This document shows positions 61,280-64,000 of a stretch of 64,000 bases of DNA, one piece after another. The first letter of the stretch is position 1. Every line of letters starts with the position of its first letter. The DNA is from Nemertoderma westbladi. Lineage: Eukaryota > Animalia > Xenacoelomorpha. The position numbers were made by a program, and so were the translations under genes. The stretch spans positions 546-64,545 of the forward strand of contig JAUCBJ010001936.1 in assembly GCA_032718475.1 (NCBI GenBank), read 5' to 3'. The notes beneath the pieces are model-generated. The model did no database searches, had not been told where the DNA came from, and saw only the letters and a program-made list of their open reading frames with translations.

Positions 61280-61645
61280 CCCAGGTAACACAGAAACGTT
61301 GCATCAACGTTGACTGTTAGTTATCATTGTAACAATGTAACGTTGCAGTTAGACGTTGAATCAACGTTGAATAAGTGGTTGTTTGGTCATTGAAGTTACG
61401 TTGTTCAACGGTATATTCCTAACTATATTGCAATGTTGCATCAACGTTGACTGTTAGTTATCATTGTAACAATGTAACGTTGCAGTTAGACGTTGAATCA
61501 ACGTTGAATAAGTGGTTGTTTGCTCATTGAAGTTACGTTGTTTAACGGTATATTCCTAACTATATTGCAATGTTGCATCAACGATGAACGTTCGTTGCCA
61601 TTGTAACAACATTTGGTTAAATTACAACCTTTAATCAACGTTGAA
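61280..61645. repeat. 137-bp tandem repeat (about 2.4 copies) rich in AACGTT, beginning with CCCAG; probable end of a CACTA/EnSpm-like non-autonomous element
   Basis: GCATCAACG recurs at 61301, 61438 and 61575. Many CAACGTTG palindromes. No matching right TIR seen. Confidence 0.6.
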
Positions 61646-62104
61646 TTAATTGTTGTTTGGTTTGCACAAACTTTATTTCATATAAGACCAATTTGCACAG
61701 ATCACTTTTCACTTGCGGTCAAAATGCACCACAATCCGGAATCTGGGTTTCATCAGCGATCAATAATTTGTAGTTCCCCCTACCGTAGTTACTTTGTAAG
61801 AACATTAAAAAACATTTGATTGCAAATAATACGTAATTATATTATTCAATTAGAAGATAATAGTTGCAAATGTACATACATAATATTCTGACTATGTTAC
61901 ATAAGCAATGACAAACATTAAGCATTTAAATTAAAAAGAGGTAATTTAATTTAATGGGGCGGTACACCACCTGGTGTCAAAAAATTGAAAAAATTTTTTT
62001 TTGCCGAATATTGTGTGAAATTTTATGTAGATTCCGAATCTGAAATCGGTTTTGTCATATCTCGATTGGATCTCGAGTTATACGTCTTTAACTGAGACCA
62101 TGTT

Positions 62105-64000
62105 GACGGACAGACTGACAGACAGACCGACAGACAGTCTGGATAGGGTCAAAAGTGAAAACTGACAGCGGAAATGAAATCCTTGACCAGGAAAACCCCA
62201 ATAGAGAGAATTTTAATTAGCTAATGTGATTCCTTATACTTTTGACGGACAGACTGACAGACAGACCGACAGACCGACAGACAGTCTGGATAGGGTCAAA
62301 AGTGAAAACTGACAGCGGAAATGAAATCCTTGACCAGGAAAACCCCCATAGAGAGAATTTTAATTAGCTAATGGGATTCCTTATACTTTTGACGGACAGA
62401 CTGACAGACAGACCGACAGACCGACAGACAGTCTGGATAGGGTCAAAAGTGAAAACTGACAGCGGAAATGAAATCCTTGACCAGGAAAACCCCCATAGAG
62501 AGAATTTTAATTAGCTAATGTGATTCCTTATATTTTCGACGGACAGACTGACAGACAGACAGACCAACAGACCGACAGACGGTCTGGATAGGGTCAAAAG
62601 TGAAAACTGACAGCGGAAATGAAATCCTTGACCAGGAAAACCCCCATAGAGAGAATTTTAATTAGCTAATGTGATTCCTTATACTTTTGACGGACAGACT
62701 GACAGACAGACCGACAGACAGTCTGGATAAGGTCAAAAGTGAAAACTGACAGCGGAAATGAAATCCTTGACCAGGAAAACCCCCATAGAGAGAATTTTAA
62801 TTAGCTAATGTGATTCCTTATATTTTCGACGGACAGACTGACAGACAGACAGACCAACAGACCAACAGACAGTCTGCATAGGGTCAAAAGTGAAAACTGA
62901 CAGCGGAAATGAAATCCTTGTCCAGGAAAACCCCCATAGCGAGAATTTTAATTAGCTTATGTGATTCCTTATACTTTTGACGGACAGACTGAAAGACAGA
63001 CAGACCAACAGACCGACAGACAGTCTGGATAGGGTCAAAAGTGAAAACAGACAGCGGAAATGAAATCCTTGACCAGGAAAACCCCCATAGAGAAAATATT
63101 AATTAGCTGATGTGATTCCTTTTATTTTTGACGGACAGACAGACCGACTTGTGAATGTACAGTACTGTAGTTTGAAGATGCTAAATAAAGTATGTATATA
63201 TAGGCTTTTAGTTAGAACTACTTCAGTCCAAATGTTTCACTATTGTGCTACCTACCGGTATCTGTTATTAACCCTTTCGGTATCATGGCACACACGTCTG
63301 TTCCATGGGTATTGCGCCATGACACACACGTCTGTTCCATGACATTTATTCGATTTCTAAGAAGGGAAAATGTTGCTGGACTCTTAACTACATGCTTCTA
63401 TATGTTAGCGGCGCATTTCAGCTTGTATCTACTGTAATTTAACTACGGTCGGCCTACTGCAGACCTGCTTACAGACTGCCAGACTTTAGCAATAACAGAA
63501 TAAGGCAGTACTGCAGTAACGTAGGCCTAAACTGACTAAACAGCCTAAACAAAAAAGCCTAAACAGACTGACCGACAGACAGACCGACAGACAGTCTGGA
63601 TAGGGTCAAAAGTGAAAACTGACAGCGGAAATGAAATCCTTGACCAGGAAAACCCCCATAGAGAAAATTTTAATTAGCTGATGTGATTCCTTATATTTTT
63701 GACGGACAGACAGACCGACAGACAGTCTGGATAGAGTCAAAAGTGAAAACTGACAGCGGAAATGAAATCCTTGACCAGAAAAACCCCCATAGCGAGAATT
63801 TTAATTAGCTAATGTGATTCCTTATACTTTTGACGGACAGACTGACAGACAGACCGACAGACAGACCGACAGACAGTCTGGATAGGGTCAAAGGTAAAAA
63901 CTGACAGCGGAAATGAAATCCTTGACAAGGAAAACCCCCATAGCGAGAATGTTAGTAGATTTTATTCTTTCTAAAGTCTTGACAGACAAACTGACAGAAA
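62105..64000. repeat. 139-151-bp tandem array with an embedded (GACA/GACC)n microsatellite; Helentron/HINE-type central repeat; runs to the window end
   Basis: Units start at 62105, 62244, 62391, 62538, 62689, 62828, 62979 and 63130. Length differences come from 4-bp steps in the microsatellite. Interrupted at about 63150-63563. Confidence 0.85.
63268..63345 (+). mobile_element. piggyBac-like terminal fragment within the array interruption
   Basis: TTAA followed by CCCTTT, then a 24-bp subterminal direct repeat CATG(G/A)CACACACGTCTGTTCCATG with a 34-bp period. Confidence 0.45.

Overview
Eukaryotic, AT-rich, most likely invertebrate-animal genomic DNA (species not identifiable from this window). 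I can reconstruct one complete spliced gene by eye: the mitochondrial citrate (tricarboxylate) carrier SLC25A1 on the minus strand. It has 6 coding exons between 56833 and 27441, a 957-nt CDS (318 aa), and GT-AG introns with matching phases. The gene is inflated to about 29 kb by repeats that sit directly against its exons. A 63-bp satellite fills nearly all of intron 3 and carries an intact, very young Ty1/Copia element (identical 254-bp LTRs, GGGTG TSD, half-tRNA-iMet PBS). A 36-bp G-rich minisatellite has expanded inside a tRNA-SINE next to the exon 5 acceptor. A 13-kb, indel-free 39-bp satellite starts about 30 bp past the poly(A) signal. Two intronless ORFs flank the gene: a 1641-aa acidic protein ending in a RAD51AP1/RAD51AP2-type C-terminal motif (+, 2078-7003) and a 421-aa coiled-coil protein (-, 58553-59818). 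The rest is TE debris: three RTE fragments, a CR1/L2 fragment, a CRE/RLE fragment, P-, hAT-, CACTA- and piggyBac-like MITE ends, a palindromic element with two divergent tRNA-like arms, and a 139-151-bp Helentron-type tandem array. The giant repetitive ORFs in the track are best explained as satellite artefacts. Most notable: (1) each of the three exon-abutting arrays shows an 11-14-nt copy of nearby exon or splice-site sequence at its edge or unit junction; (2) about 35 minisatellite units are antisense to the predicted intron 4 branch-point region; (3) the RAD51AP2-like motif; (4) the tRNA-armed fold-back element. All calls were made by eye with no database searches.
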